Assembly: GCA_964607415.1 (NCBI GenBank)
Contig: CAZSKK010000002.1
Location: 352,585-416,584 of the forward strand
Reading direction: 5' to 3'
Origin: an uncultured Candidatus Saccharibacteria bacterium
Lineage (GTDB): Bacteria; Patescibacteriota; Dojkabacteria; J137
DNA: 64,000 nucleotides
The notes under the pieces are model-generated. The model was not told the DNA's origin and did no database searches. It saw nothing but the letters and a program-made list of their open reading frames with translations. Position 1 is the stretch's first letter. Every line of letters starts with the position of its first letter. Shown here piece after piece: positions 39,173 through 47,943 of this stretch. The translations under genes and the position numbers were made by a program.

Positions 39173-40627
39173 ATGAAAAATCTAAATATTAATCAGGGCT
39201 TTAAAATTGTATCAATTTTATCAGGTACTTTCATCTTGAAAATACTATTTCTTGGCAAACTTAACGGCTTTGGCTGGGAACATGACGAATATCTTCATTT
39301 TTTAGATTTAAAAACGGTTTATACAAATTTCCCACACAACCTTGATATTGGTTTAAGCGTTTGGTCTAAGCCACTGTTTACTTACATTTACGGGCTTCCA
39401 GTGCATTTGTTTGGATTGGAAACGCTTCCCCAAGCTCAAATTTTGGGAATAATTACAGTGTTACTAACAAGTTTTGTAATTTACAAGATTCTTCTAAAAC
39501 TAAATCTTTCGCAAAATTTGAGCTTAGTTGGAATGATTATTTATAACTTCTCTTTTTTGACCTTTCGAAGTTCCTTGAGCGTAATGACTGAACCTGTTTT
39601 TGCATTGTTTTTATCTTTAGGAATTCTTACACTTTTACAAAAGAGATATTATCTAAGCTCGTTAATGATAGGTCTTCTGGTTTTAGCGAGAATGGAAGGG
39701 CTGTTTTTTGTTGGAATGTGGGGAGTATATGTTTTTCTTGTACTAACCCCTCTCCCTTCGGGTATCTCCCCTTTATTCAAAAGGGGAGACGGCGAGCGTA
39801 TGCGAGCCAGAGGGGTTAGTAGACTACTTACCAGTTACCTTTTACTAGTTACCCCGGCCCTAATCTGGAACCTACTAGGCTATATTCACTCCGGAGAAAT
39901 TTTACATATTTTTAACAACGGCTATCCCTCATCAACTAATATTTATGGAAATGGTGGTTGGACATACTACTTTGAAAGTTTTATTCGATTGGATCCATTT
40001 TTATTTTTTATTTTTTCCCTTTCCTTGTGCCTTGTACCTTATTACTTCAAAAAGAAAAACTTTGAAATACTGCTTCTTTATATTTCATCGGCCCTGTTCA
40101 TATTGATACAAGTAGTTTTTTGGAGATTTGGGTTGTTTGGAACGGCTGGACTTTTAAGGTACTTTGTAACTATTTATCCACTAATGGTAGTTCTTTGTTG
40201 TTTGTTAATTGGCCAGTTAGTAATAAAAGACAGAATCCAAAAACTAATATTTCTTGTATTACTTGTCTCTCTTTTTATTTTTAACGCTATTATTACAGTC
40301 CATCGCGGAGGAATTGTGGGATGGCAACAAGCTTCAGTTTTAGATGATTCAAACTACCAAAAAACTGGAGAGTGGATTGAGCAAAACTTAGATTCATCCG
40401 AAATGCTTTACTCTGACTTTCCAGAATATATTTACTTTGCAAACCGCGATTTAAATAAATCAGATATTAGCCCAGATGTACATTTGGCGAACATTGATAA
40501 GGGAGTTTATATATTTAAAAAAGGACAACATAGACCCGAGGAGTTCTGGCAGAATCTTGCCGGTAATTCGAATATTATGCTTTTGGTTGAGATTGGTGAG
40601 AGTAGGGTATACAAAACGAAGAATTAG
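39173..40627 (+). CDS. GT-C (ArnT/PMT-like) membrane glycosyltransferase with in-frame repeat insertions
   Basis: HDE loop, KPLF, MTEP, ARMEG, RY; multiple TMs. Confidence 0.75.
   Translation: MKNLNINQGFKIVSILSGTFILKILFLGKLNGFGWEHDEYLHFLDLKTVYTNFPHNLDIGLSVWSKPLFTYIYGLPVHLFGLETLPQAQILGIITVLLTSFVIYKILLKLNLSQNLSLVGMIIYNFSFLTFRSSLSVMTEPVFALFLSLGILTLLQKRYYLSSLMIGLLVLARMEGLFFVGMWGVYVFLVLTPLPSGISPLFKRGDGERMRARGVSRLLTSYLLLVTPALIWNLLGYIHSGEILHIFNNGYPSSTNIYGNGGWTYYFESFIRLDPFLFFIFSLSLCLVPYYFKKKNFEILLLYISSALFILIQVVFWRFGLFGTAGLLRYFVTIYPLMVVLCCLLIGQLVIKDRIQKLIFLVLLVSLFIFNAIITVHRGGIVGWQQASVLDDSNYQKTGEWIEQNLDSSEMLYSDFPEYIYFANRDLNKSDISPDVHLANIDKGVYIFKKGQHRPEEFWQNLAGNSNIMLLVEIGESRVYKTKN
39741..39821. repeat. 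REP/MITE-like element copy 2, in frame within CDS
   Basis: 13-bp IR TACTAACCCCTCT/AGAGGGGTTAGTA; core TCTCCCCTTT..AAAGGGGAGA; 81 bp. Confidence 0.85.
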
Positions 40628-40689
40628 GATTCACGATTTAAGAATCAAGGGCCAAGATCTCATGAATCTTGAGTCGTAATTCCTGAATC
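40621..40689. repeat. Inverted heptamer array between convergent genes (possible terminator)
   Basis: GAATTAG GATTCAC GATTTAA GAATCAA vs ATGAATC TTGAGTC GTAATTC CTGAATC. Confidence 0.75.
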
Positions 40690-41654
40690 TACTTCAAAAA
40701 TTCCTCGCCAAGCTCTTTTGCAGGAATAGAATCAATAAATTTTCCTAAATCCTTCTTAAAATCTTTTAACGCAAAATAGTTTAAAGCCATGTTCACTACA
40801 TAAGAATCTGTGCGAGCATAAATATCGTTAAGTTTCATTTTTTCTAGTTCTGGCTGAATTTTCTTCTCCCATTTTTTCATTACGTAAAGTCCGTTATAGA
40901 AGTGCAAAAGTTTTTTTAAGTCTTTTTTAGAATCATTAATTTTTTTAAAACTCGCATTCACAAAGTGAAATACATACGCTTTGTTGGTCCAACCAACTTT
41001 TCCAAACTGCTTTAAATACATTGAAATATCAAAATCATCCCAATAACCGTGAATTATGTTAGGATCCAAAAAATATCCTAAGTCTTTAAAATGTTCAGTA
41101 TAAAAAAGCGAACAAAATCCGCCTGCAAACTTGTAAAAATTTTCGTATTCGTAAGTCTTAATTTCCTTAAAATTTTCATCTTTTGTATAGGACTTGGGTG
41201 GATTGAATTTCAAATTGTATTTATAAAGTTTACTCATTCCAAAGGGTAAAGTGCTTACAACTTTCCAAAATCTACTCTTTTCATAATAAGCATTGGTATC
41301 AGGAGAAATCATGATTAGGTTGTTAGCTTCTAGCTCAGAATTTAGGGTAGATAACCAATTACTAGTTACGATTGTATCGCTATTTAAAAGGCAAACTTTA
41401 TCAAATTTAATTGCCTCACTATACGCCGAGTTAACACCACCAACAAATCCCAAGTTCTTATCATTTTTAATTACCGTGATTTCATTTGGGTATTTTGCTT
41501 TAAAATTTGAAATAACATTTAATGATTTGTCATCTTGAGAGTTACTAACCAAAAATAAGTGAAAATCCATTGTGTGAGAAAACAGACTTTCTAAACAAAG
41601 CTTTAAATGCCAGGGAGTATTGTAGCTAACGATAATTATTGCAACCATAATCAA
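40689..41654 (-). CDS. GT2 glycosyltransferase
   Basis: NLGFVGGVN, LLNSD, YWDDFD. Confidence 0.88.
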   Translation of the reverse strand: MIMVAIIIVSYNTPWHLKLCLESLFSHTMDFHLFLVSNSQDDKSLNVISNFKAKYPNEITVIKNDKNLGFVGGVNSAYSEAIKFDKVCLLNSDTIVTSNWLSTLNSELEANNLIMISPDTNAYYEKSRFWKVVSTLPFGMSKLYKYNLKFNPPKSYTKDENFKEIKTYEYENFYKFAGGFCSLFYTEHFKDLGYFLDPNIIHGYWDDFDISMYLKQFGKVGWTNKAYVFHFVNASFKKINDSKKDLKKLLHFYNGLYVMKKWEKKIQPELEKMKLNDIYARTDSYVVNMALNYFALKDFKKDLGKFIDSIPAKELGEEFLK

Positions 41655-41769
41655 TACGTGAATGTGTAAATGTGTGAATAAGTAAATTAGAAAATGTGCA
41701 AATGAGTGAATCAGAAAATTAAGGTACTTGCTAACTAATGTATTCGCATATTAACCTATTCTCGAATTC
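41653..41769. repeat. Inverted octamer array downstream of four-helix-bundle gene 2
   Basis: AATACGTG AATGTGTA AATGTGTG AATAAGTA AATTAGAA AATGTGCA AATGAGTG AATCAGAA, then TTCGCATA TTAACCTA TTCTCGAA. Confidence 0.85.
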
Positions 41770-41771
41770 CC

Positions 41772-42122
41772 TTATTGGTTTAGGTTTTTTCGTGTAGTTG
41801 ATTTTATTTTTCCAGTTATTCTAATTAACTCATCACATTTTGTTTTTAAATCTTCTGACTTATCTTTTGAAAATAAGTTAAGATCTGACATTAAATTTAT
41901 CCCAAATTCTGATTCAAGACATTCTTTGTAAGCAATAGAAATTTTTGCAAGAAAATCCCTTCTAGATTGGCAGCCCTGAGCTTCTTTTATGTTAGCTGCG
42001 ATAGAAGTACTACTTCTAATTAATTGATTAGTTAAATTATATTCTCTTTCAGCTTTTTGAATCTTTAAGAGCTCCTCACATGTTGTAAGTGCAAATTTGT
42101 AGCTTTTATCAACTAAAATCAT
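41772..42122 (-). CDS. Four helix bundle protein (TIGR02436, Avd-like)
   Basis: KSYKFA, QLIRSSTSIAANIKEA, SRRDFLAKISIAYKE. Confidence 0.92.
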   Translation of the reverse strand: MILVDKSYKFALTTCEELLKIQKAEREYNLTNQLIRSSTSIAANIKEAQGCQSRRDFLAKISIAYKECLESEFGINLMSDLNLFSKDKSEDLKTKCDELIRITGKIKSTTRKNLNQ

Positions 42123-42143
42123 AAGATATGTTCATACATTAAT

Positions 42144-42944
42144 TTATTCTCGAATTCGCACATTCACATAATGTTTAATCATTGCAAGCTTAGACTTCAA
42201 TTTATAATGCCTAAGTGCAATTAATAAAAAAGCCTTTGCTTTTTGTTTTTCAAACTTTCTGGTTTTCTCCTGGCTGGTAGATTTCATGTATGAATGACCA
42301 ATCACAGCATTGGGAACATATACAATTTTAAACCCTTTTTTTCTGATTCTTATTGCAAGCTCAAGTTCGTCCAAGTACATTTTGATTGGTTCCCAATACA
42401 AGCCAGCCTTTTTTAAAGCTTTTGATCTATATAAAATGCAAGCTCCACTAACTGCAGGAACCTCTTCTAGCTTATCATATTGACCATTTTCGTCTTCTAA
42501 AAACCCTCGATCGTATGCCTGTGCAAAGCCATCGTAAACCAAGCCAGTTGAGTTAATTTTCCCTTCATTTGCATTATTCCAAAATAAAATTTTAGGACCA
42601 ACAGCAGCTATCTTTTCATCTTTGTTAATTTCTTCAAACAGAATTTTGATTGCATCCTCATTTAAAAAAGTATCAGGATTTAAAACCATAATAAATTCAG
42701 AATTAAATTTCTCGAAAGCGAACTTAATTCCATCATTATTTGACTTGCAAAGGTAATAATTTTTATCTTGCTGAATTACGTTAATTTCGGGAAGTGTATG
42801 TTTTGCAATTCTTACAGTATTATCAGTGGATGCATTGTCAACCAAAATTATATTAAAATCAGTAAATGTCTGTAGTTTTAAGCTTTCAAGGCAAAACTTA
42901 ATATCTGATTCGTTGTTCCAGGTAACAATGATAATTGAAAGCAT
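42144..42944 (-). CDS. GT2 glycosyltransferase
   Basis: VDNASTD, LNPD, VSGAC, YLDELE. Confidence 0.9.
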   Translation of the reverse strand: MLSIIIVTWNNESDIKFCLESLKLQTFTDFNIILVDNASTDNTVRIAKHTLPEINVIQQDKNYYLCKSNNDGIKFAFEKFNSEFIMVLNPDTFLNEDAIKILFEEINKDEKIAAVGPKILFWNNANEGKINSTGLVYDGFAQAYDRGFLEDENGQYDKLEEVPAVSGACILYRSKALKKAGLYWEPIKMYLDELELAIRIRKKGFKIVYVPNAVIGHSYMKSTSQEKTRKFEKQKAKAFLLIALRHYKLKSKLAMIKHYVNVRIRE

Positions 42945-43136
42945 TTGTATTTAAATTATATTTAAAATAAATAATCACGAATTAAGTCACAACTTCATTA
43001 TCCAATAAAAATGCTTATTGAGATTTTTGCTCGTAATTCGTAATTCGAATTTCGTCATTCTTTTATCAACACAATTATATTAAAATAGAGTGAAGTTAGA
43101 AAGTTTAAATATTAGAAAGTTAAAATTCTTAAGCAT

Positions 43137-43913
43137 ATGTCCGGTTTACTTAATTTTATTCCAATCTCAAAAGTTGAAGCCCAAACTCTTGATGCGTTGT
43201 CTCAACCAACATTTGGCACGATAGACACAGGTCCAGGAACAGGAACAAATGCTTCAATTCTTGTAAGTAGTAGCGTAACTGCAGCAAATATCGGTGATAC
43301 TTTTAAAGTTAGGATCAATATAAAAACCAACAGTACAGCAATTAATCAGTATAAACTTATTGTTCAATACGATCCTGCAAAACTTACAGTTGTGGACAAA
43401 AACACACAAGCAAGTGGAGTTCAAATCAATTTGTTGGATACGATTTTCCAAACTGCAAATGCTGCAACAGATAATATAGCAACTAACGGAACAATAACTC
43501 TTACAGCCAAAACAGCTTCGGGGACAGCATTTTCAGTTAATAGAGATGTGGCAGAAATTGAATTCCAAGCACAAACAGCGGGGACCGCAGAAATAAAAAT
43601 TGTAGAGGGAGCAACGGGTAGCGCTCTTGTAAGATCAAATAATTCAACAATTCAATATACTTCTAATTTTGTAAGGGTTGAAGTTTCGTCAACAGGTCAG
43701 GATCCTCAGCCTCAACCAACTGATCCAAATCCACAACCTACAGATCCAACACCAACTCAACCAAGCACAGGCGGTGAAATTCCAGATACTGCAATTGGCG
43801 ATGGGCTAGATAAAGTTTTTGGTATAGGTTTTGGAATAGTTCTTTTAATAATGGGGATAAACCTTGCGATTGGGAATAAAAACAAGAAAAAGAAAAGAAA
43901 TTATTCTAATTAA
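43137..43913 (+). CDS. Cohesin-domain surface protein with PT/PQ linker and LPxTG-like anchor
   Basis: GDTFKVRI..YDPAKL..EIEFQA cohesin fold; PQPTDP repeats; IPDTA + TM + basic tail. Confidence 0.75.
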   Translation: MSGLLNFIPISKVEAQTLDALSQPTFGTIDTGPGTGTNASILVSSSVTAANIGDTFKVRINIKTNSTAINQYKLIVQYDPAKLTVVDKNTQASGVQINLLDTIFQTANAATDNIATNGTITLTAKTASGTAFSVNRDVAEIEFQAQTAGTAEIKIVEGATGSALVRSNNSTIQYTSNFVRVEVSSTGQDPQPQPTDPNPQPTDPTPTQPSTGGEIPDTAIGDGLDKVFGIGFGIVLLIMGINLAIGNKNKKKKRNYSN

Positions 43914-43935
43914 TCTAAGTGCTCTAATTCATTTT

Positions 43936-44054
43936 AAATTCGAAGCAACAACTCCTAAATTCGGAACAAATTTGAAACTATAAATTCTAAACACAGTTTC
44001 GAATTTAAATTTTCTGGGGCTTGTTTAGAATTTCGTAATTCGAATTTCGGATTT
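43936..44054. repeat. Long imperfect palindrome built of AAATTCG-type heptamers
   Basis: Arms AAATTCGAA..AAATTCGGAACAA and TTGTTTAGAATTT..TTCGGATTT; inner TAAATTCTAAAC-ACA-GTTTCGAATTTA. Confidence 0.8.
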
Positions 44055-44069
44055 TCTTTAGTTTACATA

Positions 44070-44098
44070 TTGCTTCATTGCATCCCATTTGATAAAAT
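44070..44098 (+). promoter_or_regulatory. Promoter of infA/r-protein operon
   Basis: TTGCTT-17bp-TAAAAT with TG extension. Confidence 0.65.
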
Positions 44099-44131
44099 TC
44101 TAACGCCTTAAATTACAATATTTTAATACTA

Positions 44132-44404
44132 ATGGTTAAAGAGCCAACAACAAAACCTGGAATTATTACTGTAGACGGTGTTGTAACAGAGGTTTTGCCA
44201 GGGCTTGAGTATAAAGTAGATATTGAATTTCAAGGTTTGAAGCACTCGATGGTTTGTTATGTTTCAGGAAAAATGAGAACTAATTATATTCAATTAGAAA
44301 AAGGTGATAAAGTTAGAGTAGAGATTTCAGTGCATGATATTGATAAGGGCAGAATAACTTATAGATTAACTTCAAGGAAGGTTGAAACCAAGCCTTCAAT
44401 ATAG
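44132..44404 (+). CDS. infA: Translation initiation factor IF-1
   Basis: VTEVLP, SGKMR.NYI, GDKV.VE, GRITYR. Confidence 0.95.
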   Translation: MVKEPTTKPGIITVDGVVTEVLPGLEYKVDIEFQGLKHSMVCYVSGKMRTNYIQLEKGDKVRVEISVHDIDKGRITYRLTSRKVETKPSI

Positions 44405-44464
44405 GTTTTTCTATTTACTAATTTAACAAAATCTGCTATAAAGCTAGATGAATTTACGTTTTTT

Positions 44465-44620
44465 ATGAAAGTCAGAGCAAGTATTAAAAAAAGATGTAGA
44501 CACTGCTACATTGTAAAAAGACGAAAAAAAACCACATCTAAAAATGGAAAGGTGGTAGTCAAGCCGACCTATTATGTTTACTGCAAAGCTAACCCAAAGC
44601 ATAAGCAGAAACAAGGTTAA
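44465..44620 (+). CDS. rpmJ: 50S ribosomal protein L36 (51 aa; absent from the ORF track)
   Basis: Manual translation [51 protein letters not shown]; lies between infA and rpsM. Confidence 0.95.
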   Translation: MKVRASIKKRCRHCYIVKRRKKTTSKNGKVVVKPTYYVYCKANPKHKQKQG

Positions 44621-44690
44621 GAATGATTCAAGATTACAGATTAAGGATTAATAATTTGTAATTTTCAATTTATAATTTTTAATTATTAAA

Positions 44691-44725
44691 GCTGATAGCT
44701 ATACGCTAAAAGCCAATCGCTAAAA
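44691..44725 (+). repeat. Five GCT-heptamers abutting the rpsM start
   Basis: GCTGATA GCTATAC GCTAAAA GCCAATC GCTAAAA. Confidence 0.85.
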
Positions 44726-44726
44726 T

Positions 44727-45110
44727 ATGGCAAGAATTGTTGGAGTAGAAATACCAAATGAAAAAAGAGTTGAAGTCGGTTTAACTTATATCTACGGTAT
44801 AGGACTGAAGACTTCACAAGAGATTTTAAAAGCTACAAACGTTAACGCAGATACAAGAGTAAAGGATTTAAAAGATACAGAGCTTAAAAGATTGTATGAT
44901 TATATAGAAAAAAATATCCCTACAGAAGGCCAAGTGAAACAACAAGTATTCCAAAATATTAAAAGACTAAAGGATATCAGAACTTATAGAGGAATGAGAC
45001 ATAAGGTTGGACTTCCTGCTAGGGGTCAAAATACACGAGCAAATACAAGAACAAAGAAGGGAAAGGCTGTTGCAGTGGGAGGTTTGAAACTAAAGATTAC
45101 AAAGAAGTAA
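44727..45110 (+). CDS. rpsM: 30S ribosomal protein S13
   Basis: MARIVGV, IYGIG, YRGMRH..GLP.RGQ. Confidence 0.97.
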   Translation: MARIVGVEIPNEKRVEVGLTYIYGIGLKTSQEILKATNVNADTRVKDLKDTELKRLYDYIEKNIPTEGQVKQQVFQNIKRLKDIRTYRGMRHKVGLPARGQNTRANTRTKKGKAVAVGGLKLKITKK

Positions 45111-45147
45111 TCGGTTTTAAATTAGAAATTTTAAATTATAATTTACT

Positions 45148-45182
45148 GCTAATAGCTATAAGCTAAAAGCTAGTCACTAACA
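45148..45182 (+). repeat. Five GCT-heptamers abutting the rpsK start
   Basis: GCTAATA GCTATAA GCTAAAA GCTAGTC ACTAACA. Confidence 0.85.
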
Positions 45183-45184
45183 AA

Positions 45185-45598
45185 ATGGCTAAAAAAGATA
45201 CAAAACAACAAGCAACTAAAAATGTTGTTAAGAAAAAGAAAAAGAAGTTAAGTATTCCAAAAGTAGTTGTTAAAGTAACTGCAACATATAACAATACTAT
45301 TGCCGTTGCAACAGATTACTCGGGAAACGTAATAGCTTCAAGTAGCTGTGGGCTTTTAGGGTTTGGAGGAAGTAGAAAAAGCACTCCGTATGCTGCAACA
45401 AGGGTAGGAGAAGATCTTGCACAAAAAGCAATTGCGAATGGAGCCAGAGAAGCTGAGGTTATAGTAAGTGGAATTGGAGTAGGAAGACAAGCAACAATTA
45501 AAGGAATCAGATCAGGAGGTTTAAGAATTACAGCTCTTGCTGATCATACAGCAATTCCTCATGGAGGTTGCAAACCTAGAAGAAAACCAAAGAAGTAA
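45185..45598 (+). CDS. rpsK: 30S ribosomal protein S11
   Basis: NNTI, GF.GSRKSTPYAA, PHGGC. Confidence 0.97.
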   Translation: MAKKDTKQQATKNVVKKKKKKLSIPKVVVKVTATYNNTIAVATDYSGNVIASSSCGLLGFGGSRKSTPYAATRVGEDLAQKAIANGAREAEVIVSGIGVGRQATIKGIRSGGLRITALADHTAIPHGGCKPRRKPKK

Positions 45599-45680
45599 TA
45601 GGTTATGAGTAGCGTGTTTTAGGTTAAACAAGCTCATAACATAAAACAATTTTATTGAAAATTTTAAATTATAATTTACA

Positions 45681-45715
45681 GCTAATAGCTATCCGCTAAA
45701 AGCTAATTGCTAAAT
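45681..45715 (+). repeat. Five GCT-heptamers abutting the rpsD start
   Basis: GCTAATA GCTATCC GCTAAAA GCTAATT GCTAAAT. Confidence 0.85.
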
Positions 45716-45717
45716 AT

Positions 45718-46314
45718 ATGAGATATACAGGACCAAAATGGAGAATAAATAGAAGAGAGAATGCTACAGTGCTAGGTAGCTCAGAAAAGTGGAGAAGAAG
45801 GCCAACTCTACCAGGTCAGTTTAATGTCTTGAAGAAAAGGCCTAGTGAGTACGCTTATCAATTTAGAGAAAAGCAAAAGGTAAAAAGAATGTATGGTATG
45901 ACTGAAAAACAGTTCATCAGATTTTATAATCTTGCTTTAAAAGAACCTGGAAACACAAGTACTAGACTACTTCAATTACTGGAGTTAAGGGCAGATAATG
46001 TCCTTTTTAGGTTAGGTTTTGCACTGACTAGAGCTCAAGCAAGACAATTTGTAACACATGGTCATATTAAGTTAAATGGGAAAAAACATAATATTCCATC
46101 GACTATTTTAAAACCAGGTGATGAAATTGAAATTGATGAAAAATTAATGGCATCTAATCAAATGAAAGAAGTTGAGCATAAAAATAAAGCTTACAAAGTA
46201 CCAACATGGTTAGGTCAACTAAAAAATGGGGGTAAAGTTGTAGCTGTTCCAACAAGAGATGAAATGGATAGCTCAATTACAGAGCGATTAATTATTGAGT
46301 TGTACTCAAGATAA
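45718..46314 (+). CDS. rpsD: 30S ribosomal protein S4
   Basis: RYTGP, EKQKVKRMYG, ARQFVTHGH, IELYSR. Confidence 0.97.
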   Translation: MRYTGPKWRINRRENATVLGSSEKWRRRPTLPGQFNVLKKRPSEYAYQFREKQKVKRMYGMTEKQFIRFYNLALKEPGNTSTRLLQLLELRADNVLFRLGFALTRAQARQFVTHGHIKLNGKKHNIPSTILKPGDEIEIDEKLMASNQMKEVEHKNKAYKVPTWLGQLKNGGKVVAVPTRDEMDSSITERLIIELYSR

Positions 46315-46345
46315 AATATATTATTTTGTTAAAATCACTTTTATT

Positions 46346-47308
46346 ATGAACTCTTTAAAGCAATTCGTAATTAAAAAAACCTCAGAAAAAGATAGTGAGG
46401 CTCATTTCGAAATAGGTCCACTTCCAACTGGATATGGCCATACATTAGGAAACTTCCTAAGAAGAGTGCTTTTAACATCTGTGCCTGGTTCTGCTATTAC
46501 AGCTATAAAAATTGATGGAGTTCAACATGAGTACTCAACATTGGCTGGTGTGAGCGATGACATTTTGTCAGTAATTCTTGCACTAAAGAATGTTGTGTTA
46601 GTTTCGAAAACCAATGATCCTGTAACTTTAGAGATTGATGTAAAGGGGAAAGATGGTGATGTTGTTGAAGTAAAAGCTTCAGATATCAAAAAAGATTCTA
46701 ATGTAGAAATTATTAATCCTGAATACGTAATCACAAAATTAACAAGTTCAAAAGCTAGATTTAAAGCACAAATAACTGTTGAGAGAGGAATAGGATATGC
46801 TCTTCCAAATGAAGAAATAAGAAAAGAAGTAGGAACACTTCCAGTAGATAGTAATTTTTCACCTGTAGAATTGGTTCACTATAGTGTTGTTCCAACTAGA
46901 GTTGGAAACAGAACAGATCTTGATCAAGTTAACATTTCAATTAAGACTAACGGTTCTGTAACAGCAATAGAGGCTTTGCATGTTGCCGCAGAGATTATTA
47001 ATGAAATGTCTTCTCACTTGTTCTATAACACAAGCCAAATGATTACAGGAAATGAAGTATCTGTTTTGGTTGGAAGACCTCAAGATGAAAGTGTAAAAAC
47101 ACAATCTAGTGAAAAGGAGCCAATCAAAGTTGTTGACTTGAATTTATCTACAAGATTAACAAATGCTCTTTTAAGATCAGGTTATGATGATTTAAGAAAA
47201 CTTGAAGGTTTAACTGAAGAAGAAGTTGCAAATATCAGAGGTATGGGCAGTAAATCATATACTGAACTATTGGACATCATTAAAAAATACGAAATTAAAC
47301 TGGTTTAA
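46346..47308 (+). CDS. rpoA: RNA polymerase alpha subunit
   Basis: GYGHTLGNFLRRVLL, FSPV, alpha-CTD LSTRLTNAL; ATG 46346 preferred as start. Confidence 0.97.
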   Translation: MNSLKQFVIKKTSEKDSEAHFEIGPLPTGYGHTLGNFLRRVLLTSVPGSAITAIKIDGVQHEYSTLAGVSDDILSVILALKNVVLVSKTNDPVTLEIDVKGKDGDVVEVKASDIKKDSNVEIINPEYVITKLTSSKARFKAQITVERGIGYALPNEEIRKEVGTLPVDSNFSPVELVHYSVVPTRVGNRTDLDQVNISIKTNGSVTAIEALHVAAEIINEMSSHLFYNTSQMITGNEVSVLVGRPQDESVKTQSSEKEPIKVVDLNLSTRLTNALLRSGYDDLRKLEGLTEEEVANIRGMGSKSYTELLDIIKKYEIKLV

Positions 47309-47389
47309 TTTAGAAATTTTTTAATAAACTTAATTTTGAAAACAAAACTGTTTTAAAAATTGCAAATTTAAAAATTAGAAATTGTAAAG

Positions 47390-47920
47390 ATGTATTCGAC
47401 AAATAAGAAATTAAAAATGCCAGGTAAAAAAGCTTCTCATAGGAATGCTTTAACCCGATCTTTAGTGATGGATTTACTTAGATCTGAAAGGGTAAAAACA
47501 ACTCCTACAAAAGCTAAAATAATGAAGTCACAGATAGATAAATTAATCACAGCTGCAAAAAAAGATACACCTGGATCTAGAAGAGTAATTGAAAGTTTTT
47601 TTGCTTCAAACGAATTTGCAATTAATAAACTTTATAAAGTAGCGGGAAGAATTACGGACAGAAATTCAGGATATACAAGAGTAATTCATACACTACCAAG
47701 AAAAGGTGATAATGCAAAGCAGGCTTATATAATGTTCGTTGATTTTGAAGCAAAGGGAAAGAAAACAAAGTTACAGTCATTATTAGAAAAAAAAGAGACA
47801 AAAACAAATAAAAAAGTTTCCAAAAAAGCTCAAAAAACTGAAAGAGTAAAGAGTGAAAAAGTTAAAGAGGCAGTAGTTTCAAAAGGAACCAATACAAAAA
47901 CAAGAAGAATTTCAATGTAA
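47390..47920 (+). CDS. rplQ: 50S ribosomal protein L17 with basic C-terminal extension
   Basis: HRNAL, TTPTKAK, GYTRV, RKGDNA. Confidence 0.95.
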   Translation: MYSTNKKLKMPGKKASHRNALTRSLVMDLLRSERVKTTPTKAKIMKSQIDKLITAAKKDTPGSRRVIESFFASNEFAINKLYKVAGRITDRNSGYTRVIHTLPRKGDNAKQAYIMFVDFEAKGKKTKLQSLLEKKETKTNKKVSKKAQKTERVKSEKVKEAVVSKGTNTKTRRISM

Positions 47921-47943
47921 ATTACAGATTAACGCTAACTTAA

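Noticed and set aside
39154-39173. Divergent start codons only 18 bp apart
   Set aside because: Compatible with compact genomes and uncertain start calls
5991-42122. Diversity-generating retroelement suggested by two Avd-like genes
   Set aside because: No reverse transcriptase, and no TR/VR pair with adenine-specific mismatches seen in the window
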